Positions 19,831 to 30,245 of a stretch of 64,000 bases of DNA are shown one piece after another. The stretch's first letter is position 1, and each line of letters opens with the position of its first letter. Source of the DNA: Clostridia bacterium (GTDB lineage Bacteria; Bacillota; Clostridia; Saccharofermentanales; Saccharofermentanaceae); contig JAKSRF010000001.1 in assembly GCA_024403755.1 (NCBI GenBank), forward strand, positions 11,236-75,235, read 5' to 3'. Under the pieces are notes generated by a model, which did not search any database, was not told the origin of the DNA, and saw only the letters and a program-made list of their open reading frames with translations. The position numbers and the translations under genes were made by a program.

Positions 19831-20799
19831 ATGCCATTAGTAACTACTACTGAAATGTTTAAGAAAGCTTATGACGGCGGTTATGCTATCGGTGCTTTTA
19901 ATGTTAACAACATGGAAATCGTACAGGGTATCACAGAAGCAGCAGGCGAGCTTAACAGCCCTGTTATTCTTCAGGTTTCAAAGGGTGCTCGTGCTTACGC
20001 TAATCACACATATTTGGTAAAGCTTGTTGAGGCAGCTGTTGCAGAGAATCCACAGATTCCTATAGCTCTTCACCTTGATCATGGTGATTCTTTTGAGCTT
20101 TGTAAGTCATGTATCGACGGTGGCTTTACATCAGTAATGATTGATGCTTCATCTAAGTCTTTTGATGAGAATGTAGCTATTACAAAGCAGGTTGTTGAGT
20201 ATGCACATGCTCACGGTGTTGTTGTAGAGGCTGAGCTTGGTACTCTTGCAGGTATCGAGGATGAGGTTGTTGTAGAGGCTGGTAAGGAAAGCTATACACG
20301 TCCTGAAGAGGTTGAGGAGTTCGTATCAAGAACAGGTTGTGATTCACTTGCTATTGCTATCGGTACATCACACGGTGCTTATAAGTTTACAGCTGCTCAG
20401 TGTACACGTAACGCTGAGGGTATTCTTGTTCCGCCACCGCTTCGTTTTGATGTTCTTGAGGAGTGTATTAAGAGACTTCCTGGTTTCCCAATCGTTCTTC
20501 ACGGTTCTTCATCTGTTCCACAGCAGTTCGTTAAGATGGTTAACGAGTTCGGTGGTTCAATGCCTGATGCTGTAGGTATTCCTGAGGAGCAGCTCCGTGA
20601 GGCAGCTAAGCTTGCTGTATGTAAGATTAATATCGATTCAGATATCCGTCTTGCTATGACAGGTAATATCCGTAAGTATTTTGCTGAGAATCCTTCACAC
20701 TTTGACCCACGTCAGTATTTGAAGCCGGCTCGTCAGGCTGTTAAGGAAATGGTTGCTCACAAGATTGTTAACGTTCTTGGTTCTGACAACAAAATCTGA
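19831..20799 (+). CDS. fba: Class II fructose-bisphosphate aldolase
   Basis: GAFNVNN, LHLDHG, GTSHGAYK, VLHGSS, KINID. AAGGAG RBS supports ATG 19831. Confidence 0.97.
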   Translation: MPLVTTTEMFKKAYDGGYAIGAFNVNNMEIVQGITEAAGELNSPVILQVSKGARAYANHTYLVKLVEAAVAENPQIPIALHLDHGDSFELCKSCIDGGFTSVMIDASSKSFDENVAITKQVVEYAHAHGVVVEAELGTLAGIEDEVVVEAGKESYTRPEEVEEFVSRTGCDSLAIAIGTSHGAYKFTAAQCTRNAEGILVPPPLRFDVLEECIKRLPGFPIVLHGSSSVPQQFVKMVNEFGGSMPDAVGIPEEQLREAAKLAVCKINIDSDIRLAMTGNIRKYFAENPSHFDPRQYLKPARQAVKEMVAHKIVNVLGSDNKI

Positions 20800-20831
20800 T
20801 AAACTGCTTACGCTGAATTATTGATTTTACT

Positions 20832-20865
20832 AACGACACAAATTTATTTTGTGTCGTTTTTTTTT
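20832..20865 (+). terminator. Intrinsic terminator after fba
   Basis: AACGACACAAA/TTTGTGTCGTT stem plus T run. Confidence 0.8.
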
Positions 20866-20917
20866 GCAGTATTTTGTATAATGTTTGTATGTGTATTAAT
20901 CTTTAGCGGAGGTTCTT

Positions 20918-21538
20918 ATGAATGATGAGAATAAACTGAGAATATTAAGTCAGGTTATAACGACTACTGAATTATTATTAAATCAGTCTACTATTTTGTG
21001 TGAGGTCTTGAATTATTCAACTGAAGCTGAGAGTATTTCAACGAGAATATCTACTATTAATGAGGAAATTGATCAACGTATACTTGATATGAGTGTTGTA
21101 GGCTATAACAATACTATTGCTAATGATGAGAAGGCATCCATTCTCTTTGATATATGTAATCAAATCCTTCATTTGTCTCGTAATGTAGGTATAGTTGCCA
21201 AGTCTTTTGTTCGTTTTAATATTACCGATATTAAAGAGGAGGTTGCGTTTCCGCTTGTAGATTTTGAGAAGTCATTCTCACTTCTTATGGAGATTTTTGT
21301 TTCTATTAGAAATGATGAGAATGTTAATTTGTGTCTTGATAAAGTTTTTGAACTCAGACAGATATATATTCGCAATTCGAACGGTTATGATGCAGTAATG
21401 AAGAAATTATTTAACAGTGATGAATCGGTTATAGATATTGTAAGATGGAAAGATATTTATGCTTCTGTTAACAGAGTATATGTCGGAATAAGTGATATGA
21501 TTGTGTTCATAATGAAGTATTTGATGTTTGGTGAGTAA
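20918..21538 (+). CDS. Divergent DUF47/PhoU-like helical protein
   Basis: About 206 aa, all-helical. C-terminal KLFNSDESVIDIVRWKDIY resembles the DUF47 (YkaA) LF...IEIIKWKEIY pattern. Confidence 0.55.
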   Translation: MNDENKLRILSQVITTTELLLNQSTILCEVLNYSTEAESISTRISTINEEIDQRILDMSVVGYNNTIANDEKASILFDICNQILHLSRNVGIVAKSFVRFNITDIKEEVAFPLVDFEKSFSLLMEIFVSIRNDENVNLCLDKVFELRQIYIRNSNGYDAVMKKLFNSDESVIDIVRWKDIYASVNRVYVGISDMIVFIMKYLMFGE

Positions 21539-21571
21539 AAAAGACTTTGGGTGTGATATAATACTCGGGCT

Positions 21572-22048
21572 ATGGAAAACGATTTTAGGATTACAACAAA
21601 TTATAAGAACGATGATAATAATCGTAATGTGCTCAATACTAAGGATATTCCTGAGTATATGAAGGTCAGTACCCATTTTCGGGAAGAAAGAGGAGATTTA
21701 AAGAATTATGATAAGTATGATTCTTTGGAATTCTCTGATAATTCGTTTGATTTCATGGCACCTGATGAGGATGAGGCAGTTGTCTCCGGTCTTGTTAAGC
21801 CGGTCAGAGTAAAAAAAGAAATTTCCGATTCTGATAATACTGAACGAGACGTTACTGTAAAAAAGAATGTAACTGATGTTCATGATAATAATGATATATT
21901 TGCAGGTGATATAGCATTAAGCAATGCTTCTTCTGCAGCGACACTTCCTGATTTTATGTATAATCCGATTTTGCTTCTCGTTATGCTTATATTTTTTATC
22001 GGATTGATTGCTTTGGAAATTGTCGGAATAGTATTTCTATTGAGATAA
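21572..22048 (+). CDS. Hypothetical protein, acidic N-terminus with C-terminal TM helix
   Basis: ORF composition; hydrophobic C-terminal segment. Confidence 0.55.
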   Translation: MENDFRITTNYKNDDNNRNVLNTKDIPEYMKVSTHFREERGDLKNYDKYDSLEFSDNSFDFMAPDEDEAVVSGLVKPVRVKKEISDSDNTERDVTVKKNVTDVHDNNDIFAGDIALSNASSAATLPDFMYNPILLLVMLIFFIGLIALEIVGIVFLLR

Positions 22049-22062
22049 AGTAAAGGATATTT

Positions 22063-23997
22063 ATGCCACTCTTAACTGTTGAGAATGTAAGTATTAATTT
22101 TCATGCGCGCCAACTTTTGGACGATGTTACTTTTAAGATAAATGAAGGCGACAAAATTGCTTTTATCGGTAATAACGGAGCCGGTAAATCCACGCTGTTT
22201 AAAATAATCAAGGGTGTGATTAAACCTGACGGTGGAAAGGTCCTTTTTCACGGAAATACAATTGTAGGTTACCTGTCTCAAAATATGGATGAGCAGGATT
22301 TGAGCGGAAGTACTTTGAAGCCTCAGAGACTTATTGATCTTGAAGCTGAGCTTAAAGAGAAAGAATATGTTATAGCAGCAAATGAATATGAGACCGACAG
22401 CAGTGAATATAAGCTTCTTATGAGTGAGTATTCAAAGTTGGTTGCAGAGTTTGAAGCACTCGGCGGATATGACTATGAATACAGAATAAAAGAAGCACTG
22501 GCAGGACTCGGTTTTAAAGGCAATATAACAGAGCGAGAAGATTTTACGACTCTGTCCGGAGGCGAGAAAATGCGTGTGTGTCTTGCTCAGTTAATAGTTG
22601 CGAGACCTGATATTCTTTTGCTGGATGAGCCTACGAATCATCTTGATGCAGATGCGGTAAGTTGGCTTGAAGGTTTTCTCAAATCTTACAGCGGCAGTGT
22701 ATTTGTTATATCGCATGACCGATATTTTATAGACAGAATTGCCAATCGTGTAATTGAATTAACAGACGGTAATATAAAGGAATATAAGGGCAATTATTCT
22801 GATTACAAACGCCAATATAAGGAGTTTATGAAGTCACAGCAAGCATTGGTGGATAATCTTACCAATGAACTGGAGCATCAGCTTGACGTAAAGCAGACCA
22901 TGCTCTCGCACAGAAATATAAGCGGTTATCATCAGCGTGAGAAAATGGTGAATAAGCTGAGTGTTATTCTTGAGAATGAGCGTGCAAAGCTGTCTCACGG
23001 TGTCGGACAGATGAATTTTACTGTTGTACCTCGTACTATTGAAGGGGACGAGGATAAAATTCTTCTTTCCGTAAAAAATGTTTCCAAGCGTTTTGATGAT
23101 ATGCCGTTTCTTTTTACCGATGTATCATTTGATGTTAAAGCTACACAGAAATTGTTTTTGTGCGGTCCTAACGGTTGCGGTAAGTCCACACTTCTTACTA
23201 TGCTTCTCGGACGTCAAGGCGGCTTTGACGGTCAGGTATTTATAAGCGGAGCATGTGAATGCGGATATATGGGACAGTTTGTTCCTTTTGATGATGAGAC
23301 AATAAGTGCTCTTGATGAATTGCTTTCGAAGACTGATTTAAGTGAGACACAGGCCAGAAATCTTCTTGCAAGATTCGGTTTCAGAGATATTGATGTATAT
23401 AAGAAGATTAATGTTCTCTCAGGTGGTGAACGTTCAAGACTGTATTTATGTTGTCTTTTGACATCACGTCCTGATATTTTGTTCCTGGATGAACCTACCA
23501 ATCATCTTGATATTAATTCACGAGAGATTCTCGAGGATGCCTTGTGTGAATATAACGGAGCAATAATTTGTGTTAGCCATGATCGTTATTTTATTGATAA
23601 ATGTGCCGACAGGATTCTCGGTTTTATCGGAAAACGTATTTTCGAGTATGATAATTATGCAGAATACAGAAAGAATTACTCGTTGAACTCCGGAGCTGAA
23701 TCAGTTGAACCAATCAGTGTCAGTGAAGATAATTCGGTTTCATCTGATGACAAGCGTAATACAGAGGCGAAGATTGAATCAAAAAATCGTGCTAAGGAAC
23801 GTAAGCTGGTTGCACAGAAGCGTGAGAGATTTCGTGAGGTTGAGAAGCTTATAGGGGAACGGGAAGCGGAGCAGAAGACATTGGAGGAGAAATTCTCTTC
23901 AGATGCCACTCCGGATGATTACAGTCGTTATGCTGCTGTATGTGATGAATTAAATGCGCTTTATGATGAATATTTGCTGTTGTCTGATGAGCTGTAA
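22063..23997 (+). CDS. ABC-F family ATPase
   Basis: Two ABC domains (GNNGAGKST, GPNGCGKST; LSGGE twice; LDEPTNHLD twice), no TM domain, coiled-coil tail. Confidence 0.93.
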   Translation: MPLLTVENVSINFHARQLLDDVTFKINEGDKIAFIGNNGAGKSTLFKIIKGVIKPDGGKVLFHGNTIVGYLSQNMDEQDLSGSTLKPQRLIDLEAELKEKEYVIAANEYETDSSEYKLLMSEYSKLVAEFEALGGYDYEYRIKEALAGLGFKGNITEREDFTTLSGGEKMRVCLAQLIVARPDILLLDEPTNHLDADAVSWLEGFLKSYSGSVFVISHDRYFIDRIANRVIELTDGNIKEYKGNYSDYKRQYKEFMKSQQALVDNLTNELEHQLDVKQTMLSHRNISGYHQREKMVNKLSVILENERAKLSHGVGQMNFTVVPRTIEGDEDKILLSVKNVSKRFDDMPFLFTDVSFDVKATQKLFLCGPNGCGKSTLLTMLLGRQGGFDGQVFISGACECGYMGQFVPFDDETISALDELLSKTDLSETQARNLLARFGFRDIDVYKKINVLSGGERSRLYLCCLLTSRPDILFLDEPTNHLDINSREILEDALCEYNGAIICVSHDRYFIDKCADRILGFIGKRIFEYDNYAEYRKNYSLNSGAESVEPISVSEDNSVSSDDKRNTEAKIESKNRAKERKLVAQKRERFREVEKLIGEREAEQKTLEEKFSSDATPDDYSRYAAVCDELNALYDEYLLLSDEL

Positions 23998-24092
23998 AAA
24001 GATAATCAGTTGAAATTATAATCTATTTTTAACAGAAGTTTTACATATTTTGAGATATACTGAATCTATATAAAAACTAATGAGGATTCAGT

Positions 24093-25631
24093 ATGTCAAA
24101 AAATCAAGTGGCAGTAATAAATATCGGTTCTCTCAGAGCCAGACTTAAAGTTTTTGAAGTCGGTTCCAAGGGTAAACCGAAGAATATTGAGACGGTTTCC
24201 AAATATATTTCCTTGGGAGCACAGGGTTATACTTCGGGTATCATTCCGCCTGAACAGGTTGATGAACTTTGTAATGTACTTACTATGTTTGACATAAAAT
24301 GCAAGGAATACAAGGTCAGTCGTGTGTTTTGTGTTGCAACCAGTGCTTTCAGAGAAGCAGGAAACAGGGATGTTGTTCTTGATCAGATTGCAATCAGAAC
24401 AGGTTTTAAAATTGATGTTTTGGATAATTCGGTCGAGCGTAATTTTTATAACATGGCTATTCGTGAGACAATGCCTGAATTTACCGAGTTGATAAAACAA
24501 GGGACTATGATTCTTGATATCGGAGCCGGTTCCATGCAGGCAACGGTTTATGATAATTCCGAATTTGTTTTCAGTCAGAATATGGTTCTCGGATCTTTGA
24601 GAATATCCGATATGTTGTCAGATATTCAAAACAGAACTACACATTATGAGAATGTCCTTGAGGAATTCATCGATCAGGATCTTGAAGATTATCATAATGC
24701 AGAACCTAAAGGAATCGTGTATAAGAATTTGATTGCTTTCGGAAGTGAGATGGGATTTATAAAAATACTCGCAAACAAGGAGGAGAGCTCCAATGTTATG
24801 CTTACCAAAGCGGAGTTTAATCAGGTTTATGAGTATTTACTTAAGACCAGACCTTCCGATTTAACATTGAATAATTCGGTGCCGGCGAATGTGGCTCCTT
24901 TGCTTTTGCCTACAGCACTTATTATTCATAATATGCTTGAATATACCGGGCTTGATTTGGTTTATATGCCGAAGGGTACACTCGGAGACGGAGTTATATA
25001 TGATTATTGCTTTAATGAGCTTAAGCTTAAGACTTCTGTTGATTTAACCAAAGATGTTATTTGCGCCTCCAGGCACTTTGCTAAAAGATACAAGTGCGAC
25101 AAAAAGCATATAGAATTTGTTGAACGGATGGCTCTCGAGATTTTTGATGCATCAATTATGGTAAGCGGACTTAATGAACGTGACCGACTTATATTAAGAC
25201 TCGCTGCAATACTTCATGAAGTCGGAAAGTTTGTTGATGCAAAAAACCACAATAATGCCGCTTATTCGCTTATACGCTACACTGATTTGATTGGTATTAA
25301 CAGTAATGAGCTTGATATAGTAGCTCTTGTAGTAAGACTTTATCCAAAGGAAAATCCGTATTCTGATGAATACTATTCACAGTTACCGTCAGATACAAAG
25401 GTTGTTGTATCTAAACTTACGGCTATGCTCAGAATTGCAGACGCATTGGATGCTTCTCATAAGCAGAAGATAAAGAAAATGTCGGCACAGCTTGTACACA
25501 AGATTCTGACCATAACATGTGAGGTAAGCTCTGACGTGTCTTTTGAGGAATGGTCATTTGAACACAGAGGTCTGTTGTTTAAAGATGTAATAGGTGTGGA
25601 ACCTCATATAAAACTTAAACGAAAACTTTAA
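24093..25631 (+). CDS. ppx: Ppx/GppA family exopolyphosphatase with HD-like C-terminal domain
   Basis: ATSAFREAGN, DIGAGS, LHEVGK, LRIADALDASH; adjacent to ppk1. Confidence 0.88.
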   Translation: MSKNQVAVINIGSLRARLKVFEVGSKGKPKNIETVSKYISLGAQGYTSGIIPPEQVDELCNVLTMFDIKCKEYKVSRVFCVATSAFREAGNRDVVLDQIAIRTGFKIDVLDNSVERNFYNMAIRETMPEFTELIKQGTMILDIGAGSMQATVYDNSEFVFSQNMVLGSLRISDMLSDIQNRTTHYENVLEEFIDQDLEDYHNAEPKGIVYKNLIAFGSEMGFIKILANKEESSNVMLTKAEFNQVYEYLLKTRPSDLTLNNSVPANVAPLLLPTALIIHNMLEYTGLDLVYMPKGTLGDGVIYDYCFNELKLKTSVDLTKDVICASRHFAKRYKCDKKHIEFVERMALEIFDASIMVSGLNERDRLILRLAAILHEVGKFVDAKNHNNAAYSLIRYTDLIGINSNELDIVALVVRLYPKENPYSDEYYSQLPSDTKVVVSKLTAMLRIADALDASHKQKIKKMSAQLVHKILTITCEVSSDVSFEEWSFEHRGLLFKDVIGVEPHIKLKRKL

Positions 25632-25662
25632 ATTAATATTTGAAATATAAACAGGTGAGACG

Positions 25663-27942
25663 ATGGCTACTAAGAAAAATACAAAGAATATTAAAGCGGG
25701 AAAAAAGACCGACAGTAAGAGTATAAAGAACAGTGAAGAGTCAAAGATGTTTTTTAACAGAGAACTGAGCTGGCTTGAGTTTAATGACAGAATATTGCAT
25801 GAGGCGAGAGATACCAAGAATCCTTTGCTTGAGAGACTTAAATTCCTGTCGATTACGGCTTCTAACCTTGATGAGTTTTATATTGTACGTGTTGCTTCTC
25901 TACGTGACATGTTAAGTATGAATTATGAGGAAATAGATATTGCAGGACTTACCGTAAACGATCAACTTGTAAAAATTGATGCCAAGACCAGAGAATCGAT
26001 GTCCATTATGTATTCTACATATAATCGTTCTCTTGTTCCTGCTCTTGCACATAATAATATATATATCAATGATTATGATGAATTGACAGAAGAACAGAAA
26101 GATATATGTGATACATATTTTAAGAATGTTTTGTATCCGATTCTTACACCTATGGCAGTTGATTCTTCAAGACCGTTTCCGCTTATCTATAACCGAATGC
26201 TTAATCTTTGCGTAATGCTTGATGGTGAGAAGGATGATTTGTCACTAAAAGCAAGAGCAAGAAATAATAACTCCTTTGATTCAAATAAGTCTGAAAGCGA
26301 AGCAGAGAAAATTCCTGAAGAAAGTGTATATTTTGTTACTTTACAGATTCCGAATGTTGTAGCAAGAATGTTTACTATCCCTAGTGAATCCGGAGATATA
26401 ATTTTTGTTCCGATTGAGCAAATTATTAAAGCTAATTTGGATGAACTTTTCCTCGGACAGACTGTTCTTGCATCCGCATGCTACCGAATAATGCGTAATG
26501 CCGACCTTGACATTGATGAGGATGAGGCAGAGGACCTTCTTAAGGAAATTGAAGAGCAGGTAAGAAAAAGAAGATTCGGTGAGATTATCAGAATGGAAGT
26601 TGAGGAAAGTATTGATCCGGATATACTGTCTTTCCTTATGTCAGAACTTGAGATACCTACGTCTGATATTTTCAGCGTTAACGGACCTATAGACTTAACT
26701 TTCCTTATGAAACTGTATTCAAAGACTGCATCCCTTCATCCTGATTTGTGTTATGAGGAACAGACGCCTGCTTTTCCTTCGATGTTTGATGATGATTTAA
26801 CTGACATTTTCGCGCAGATAAGAGCAAAGGACAGAATAGTACATCACCCGTATGAGTCTTTTCAGCCGGTGCTTGAGTTTATCAGGCAGGCTGCAGTAGA
26901 TCCTAATGTACTTGCAATTAAGCAGACATTGTATCGTGTTTCTTCCGATTCACCGATTATAGCATCTCTTCTTGAGGCGGCCAGAAACGGAAAACAGGTA
27001 ATGGTTCTTGTTGAACTTAAGGCCAGATTTGATGAGGAAAACAATATTAACTGGGCTAAGAAGCTTGAGAAAGCGGGCTGTCATGTTATTTACGGACTTG
27101 TAGGTCTTAAGACACACAGTAAGATTACTCTTGTGGTAAGAAGAGAAGAGGACGGTATCAGAAGATATCTTCATCTCGCAACAGGTAATTATAATGATAT
27201 TACGGCTAAGATTTATACTGATTTAGGTTTGTTTACAGCTTCGGAATCAATGGGTGAGGATGCTTCTGAATTCTTCAATATGCTTTCGGGATTCTCAATT
27301 CCTGATAATTGGAGACGACTTGTACCTGCTCCTCTTTGGATGAAGGATTACTTTATTAAAAAGATAAAGAGAGAGACCAATAATGCAAAGGAAGGAAAAC
27401 CGGCAAGAATTATAGCAAAAATAAATTCGCTTGTTGACGCTTCGGTAATTAAAGAGCTTTATAAGGCTTCTAATGCCGGTGTAAAGATTGACCTTATTGT
27501 AAGAGGTATATGTTGTCTTAAACCGGGTGTTCCTGATATGTCAGAGAATATTACTGTCAGATCTATTACCGGTCGTTTCCTTGAGCATTCAAGAATATTC
27601 TATTTCTGTAATGAAGGTCACGATGATATCTACCTTGCTTCAGCCGACTGGATGCCGAGAAATCTGTATCGAAGAGTAGAGCTTATGTTCCCTATAGAGG
27701 ATGCTGATTGCCGAAAGCGTGTTATGGAGGTATTGGAAGTAGAATTGGCAGATACTGTAAGAGCCCATTTCTTAAGTCAGGACGGTTCATACCACAAGTT
27801 GGATTTGAGAGGTAAGACTAAGGTTGACAGTCAGGAGACACTTATTAGTATTTCCCGTGAGGCTGAGAAACTAAAATTTGCTGACGTAAAGCAGGACTCA
27901 TTTGAACCTTGCTTCTCGAGTGATAACGATACAGAAGAATAA
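25663..27942 (+). CDS. ppk1: Polyphosphate kinase 1
   Basis: FFNRELSWLEFN, HHPYESF, KARFDEENN, KTHSK, GRFLEHSR, SADWMPRNL. Confidence 0.97.
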   Translation: MATKKNTKNIKAGKKTDSKSIKNSEESKMFFNRELSWLEFNDRILHEARDTKNPLLERLKFLSITASNLDEFYIVRVASLRDMLSMNYEEIDIAGLTVNDQLVKIDAKTRESMSIMYSTYNRSLVPALAHNNIYINDYDELTEEQKDICDTYFKNVLYPILTPMAVDSSRPFPLIYNRMLNLCVMLDGEKDDLSLKARARNNNSFDSNKSESEAEKIPEESVYFVTLQIPNVVARMFTIPSESGDIIFVPIEQIIKANLDELFLGQTVLASACYRIMRNADLDIDEDEAEDLLKEIEEQVRKRRFGEIIRMEVEESIDPDILSFLMSELEIPTSDIFSVNGPIDLTFLMKLYSKTASLHPDLCYEEQTPAFPSMFDDDLTDIFAQIRAKDRIVHHPYESFQPVLEFIRQAAVDPNVLAIKQTLYRVSSDSPIIASLLEAARNGKQVMVLVELKARFDEENNINWAKKLEKAGCHVIYGLVGLKTHSKITLVVRREEDGIRRYLHLATGNYNDITAKIYTDLGLFTASESMGEDASEFFNMLSGFSIPDNWRRLVPAPLWMKDYFIKKIKRETNNAKEGKPARIIAKINSLVDASVIKELYKASNAGVKIDLIVRGICCLKPGVPDMSENITVRSITGRFLEHSRIFYFCNEGHDDIYLASADWMPRNLYRRVELMFPIEDADCRKRVMEVLEVELADTVRAHFLSQDGSYHKLDLRGKTKVDSQETLISISREAEKLKFADVKQDSFEPCFSSDNDTEE

Positions 27943-27955
27943 TAGGGAGGAAAAT

Positions 27956-28753
27956 ATGATTAAGACGAATTTATTGAATGAAACAGGATTACATAAGGTT
28001 ATAGATCAAAACGGCAAGTTTTCTGTTGTTGAATATGATAAGGATGTGTCTGTATCTCCTCAGGATGCTGCTATAGCTTATTTTGCTTCAGAGATGAATG
28101 TAAAGAAACGTCAGGTAATTGCAACACTTGATAGTAACGGTGTAATTATTCAGGCAGGTGCAATGCAGATAATGGCGGGTTCAATTGAAGCTGCAACTAA
28201 CATAAAAGGTGCCGGAGATTTACTTAAGAAAGCTGTAAGTGCCGCTGTGACAAAGGAGACAGTTATCAAACCTAAATACAGCGGAACAGGTCAGATTGTA
28301 CTTGAGCCGACTTTCAGATACGTAATATTGCAAGACATGGATGATTGGAATGGTTCTATGGTTATTGAGGATGGTCTTTTCCTTGCTTGTGATGATACAG
28401 TAGATATTACCGTAACTGCAAGAAGTACATTCTCGTCTGCTATTCTCGGAGGAGAAGGTCTGTTTAATTCTTCCTTAAAAGGAAAGGGTATAGTAGTTCT
28501 TGAGAGTCCGGTGCCGTTGGACGAGCTTTTTATTATCGACTTGGATAATGATGTTCTGAAGATTGACGGTAATATGGCTATTGCTTGGTCAGGCGGACTT
28601 AAATTTACGGTAGAACGAACAACTAAAACATTGATTGGTTCTGCTGCGTCGCAGGAAGGCTTGGTGAATGTCTACAGAGGTACCGGAAGAGTTCTTGTTG
28701 CTCCGGTTGCTTGTAATTACAATATTACGATACCTACGCCGGTTGGATTATAA
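27956..28753 (+). CDS. AIM24 family protein
   Basis: QAGAM, GGEGLFN, GIVVLESP, IDGNMAIAWS, GEG-like EGLVNVYRGTG. GGGAGG RBS supports ATG 27956. Confidence 0.8.
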   Translation: MIKTNLLNETGLHKVIDQNGKFSVVEYDKDVSVSPQDAAIAYFASEMNVKKRQVIATLDSNGVIIQAGAMQIMAGSIEAATNIKGAGDLLKKAVSAAVTKETVIKPKYSGTGQIVLEPTFRYVILQDMDDWNGSMVIEDGLFLACDDTVDITVTARSTFSSAILGGEGLFNSSLKGKGIVVLESPVPLDELFIIDLDNDVLKIDGNMAIAWSGGLKFTVERTTKTLIGSAASQEGLVNVYRGTGRVLVAPVACNYNITIPTPVGL

Positions 28754-28833
28754 GTTTGTGATTACCTTTTCGAGAAAAACACAAAAAATAATGGTAAAAT
28801 AACTCTGTCAGTTTTTTAATACGGAGGAGAATT

Positions 28834-29949
28834 ATGGAAATTAACGAATATTTGTCAGCTTCCAATCCTGAAGCTTATAAAGGAAAGTCATTTTGTTACA
28901 CTTTGTGCGGACCTGATAACGCTTATGCAAAGATAATAAGCTATGGTGCTGTAATTGCAGAACTTTGGGTTCCTGATAAGAACAATGTGCTTGGTGACGT
29001 AATGCTTGGTCTCAAGGGACTTGATGAATATATGGCAAATGATGCAAATCACGGTGCTGTTGTAGGAAGATCGGCAAACAGAATTGCAGGTGCTTCATAT
29101 GAGATTAACGGTATCAAATATACAGCTCCTGTTAATGATGATCCTAATAATCTCCACGGCGGTCCGGGATCTCTTCAGGACGTTCTTTGGGATGGTGAGG
29201 CAGTAAGTAAGGAGGAGGCAGAAAGTCTTCTTAAAGCTTCCGGAATCAAGAATATCCCTGAGGTATACGGTGAAAGTTTGCTTCTCAGTACAGTATCACC
29301 TGACGGTTGTTGCGGTTTCCCGGGAAATCTTGATACCAAGGTTTTATATGCATGGCTCAAGGATTCGACTCTTGTAATGTTATATATCGGAAAGACTGAT
29401 AAGGATACAATTTTTGCTCCTACCAATCATTCTTATTTTAATATTGCAGGTCATGATGCAGGCAGAATTGATAATCAAATTCTTTATATTAACAGTGACA
29501 GAATTACAACTAAGGACCCATATAATACGCCGAACGGAGCGTATATTGATGTAAAGGGAACCTGCTTTGACTTTACAAAGCCTGCTCCTGTTAAGCAGTG
29601 TATGACAGCAGATCATCCGCAGAATAATACTTCTAAGGGCTTAGATCAGAACTTCTGTCTCAATATTGAAGAGAACAGCTTCAATAACGTAGCATATGTT
29701 TATGATGAGAAGACCGGCCGTAAGATGGAAGTATTTACTGATTTGCCTGGTATGCAGGTATATTGCGGTAATAATCTCGGTGGAACAACTGATCAGAAGG
29801 GTGATGTTCCATATGAAGCGTATTATGCAATTTGTCTTGAGACACAGCTTTATCCGAATGCGATTAATATTCCGGAATTTGCTTCTCCGATACTTAAAGT
29901 CGGTGAGACTAAGTATCATATTACAGGCTACAGATTCAGTGCTGAGTGA
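28834..29949 (+). CDS. galM: Aldose 1-epimerase (galactose mutarotase)
   Basis: GRSANRI, NLHGG, PTNHSYFN, ICLETQ. Confidence 0.9.
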   Translation: MEINEYLSASNPEAYKGKSFCYTLCGPDNAYAKIISYGAVIAELWVPDKNNVLGDVMLGLKGLDEYMANDANHGAVVGRSANRIAGASYEINGIKYTAPVNDDPNNLHGGPGSLQDVLWDGEAVSKEEAESLLKASGIKNIPEVYGESLLLSTVSPDGCCGFPGNLDTKVLYAWLKDSTLVMLYIGKTDKDTIFAPTNHSYFNIAGHDAGRIDNQILYINSDRITTKDPYNTPNGAYIDVKGTCFDFTKPAPVKQCMTADHPQNNTSKGLDQNFCLNIEENSFNNVAYVYDEKTGRKMEVFTDLPGMQVYCGNNLGGTTDQKGDVPYEAYYAICLETQLYPNAINIPEFASPILKVGETKYHITGYRFSAE

Positions 29950-29974
29950 GAAGTAAAGTAACAATAATAAAAAT

Positions 29975-30012
29975 AGGCTCCCTTGCTTTAGTTTTAAGTA
30001 GGGGAGCTTTTT
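29975..30012 (+). terminator. Intrinsic terminator after galM; left border of accessory patch
   Basis: AGGCTCCC...GGGGAGCTT stem with T tail. Confidence 0.65.
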
Positions 30013-30042
30013 ATGTTTGTTCCTTCTCGAAAATCTTATCTC

Positions 30043-30245
30043 TCAGTCACTCAACATCCTCAAACCACCTATTACATTAAATGACTTCTCAGCAATGATA
30101 ATCAGAGTATTAATAGACGGCTGTCTCTTTCCATTCTTATATCTCGAATAAACATTGGAGGAGCAACCAATCTCTCTGGCGAAGGCTTCTTGTGTTAAAT
30201 TCTGTTTACGTCATAATTCTTTTAAAGTTCAAAGTAATTCTCCAT
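30043..30245 (-). pseudogene. Degraded Xre/Cro-CI HTH regulator
   Basis: MENYFE, then a frameshift, then LKEL*RKQNLTQEAFAREIGCSSNVYSRYKNGKRQPSINTLIIIAEKSFNV. One frameshift plus an in-frame TGA at 30211-30213. Confidence 0.7.

Noticed and set aside
30211-30213. TGA recoding (Sec/Trp/Gly) in the Xre ORF
   Set aside because: Many core genes here end in TGA and the ORF also has a frameshift; simple decay explains it.
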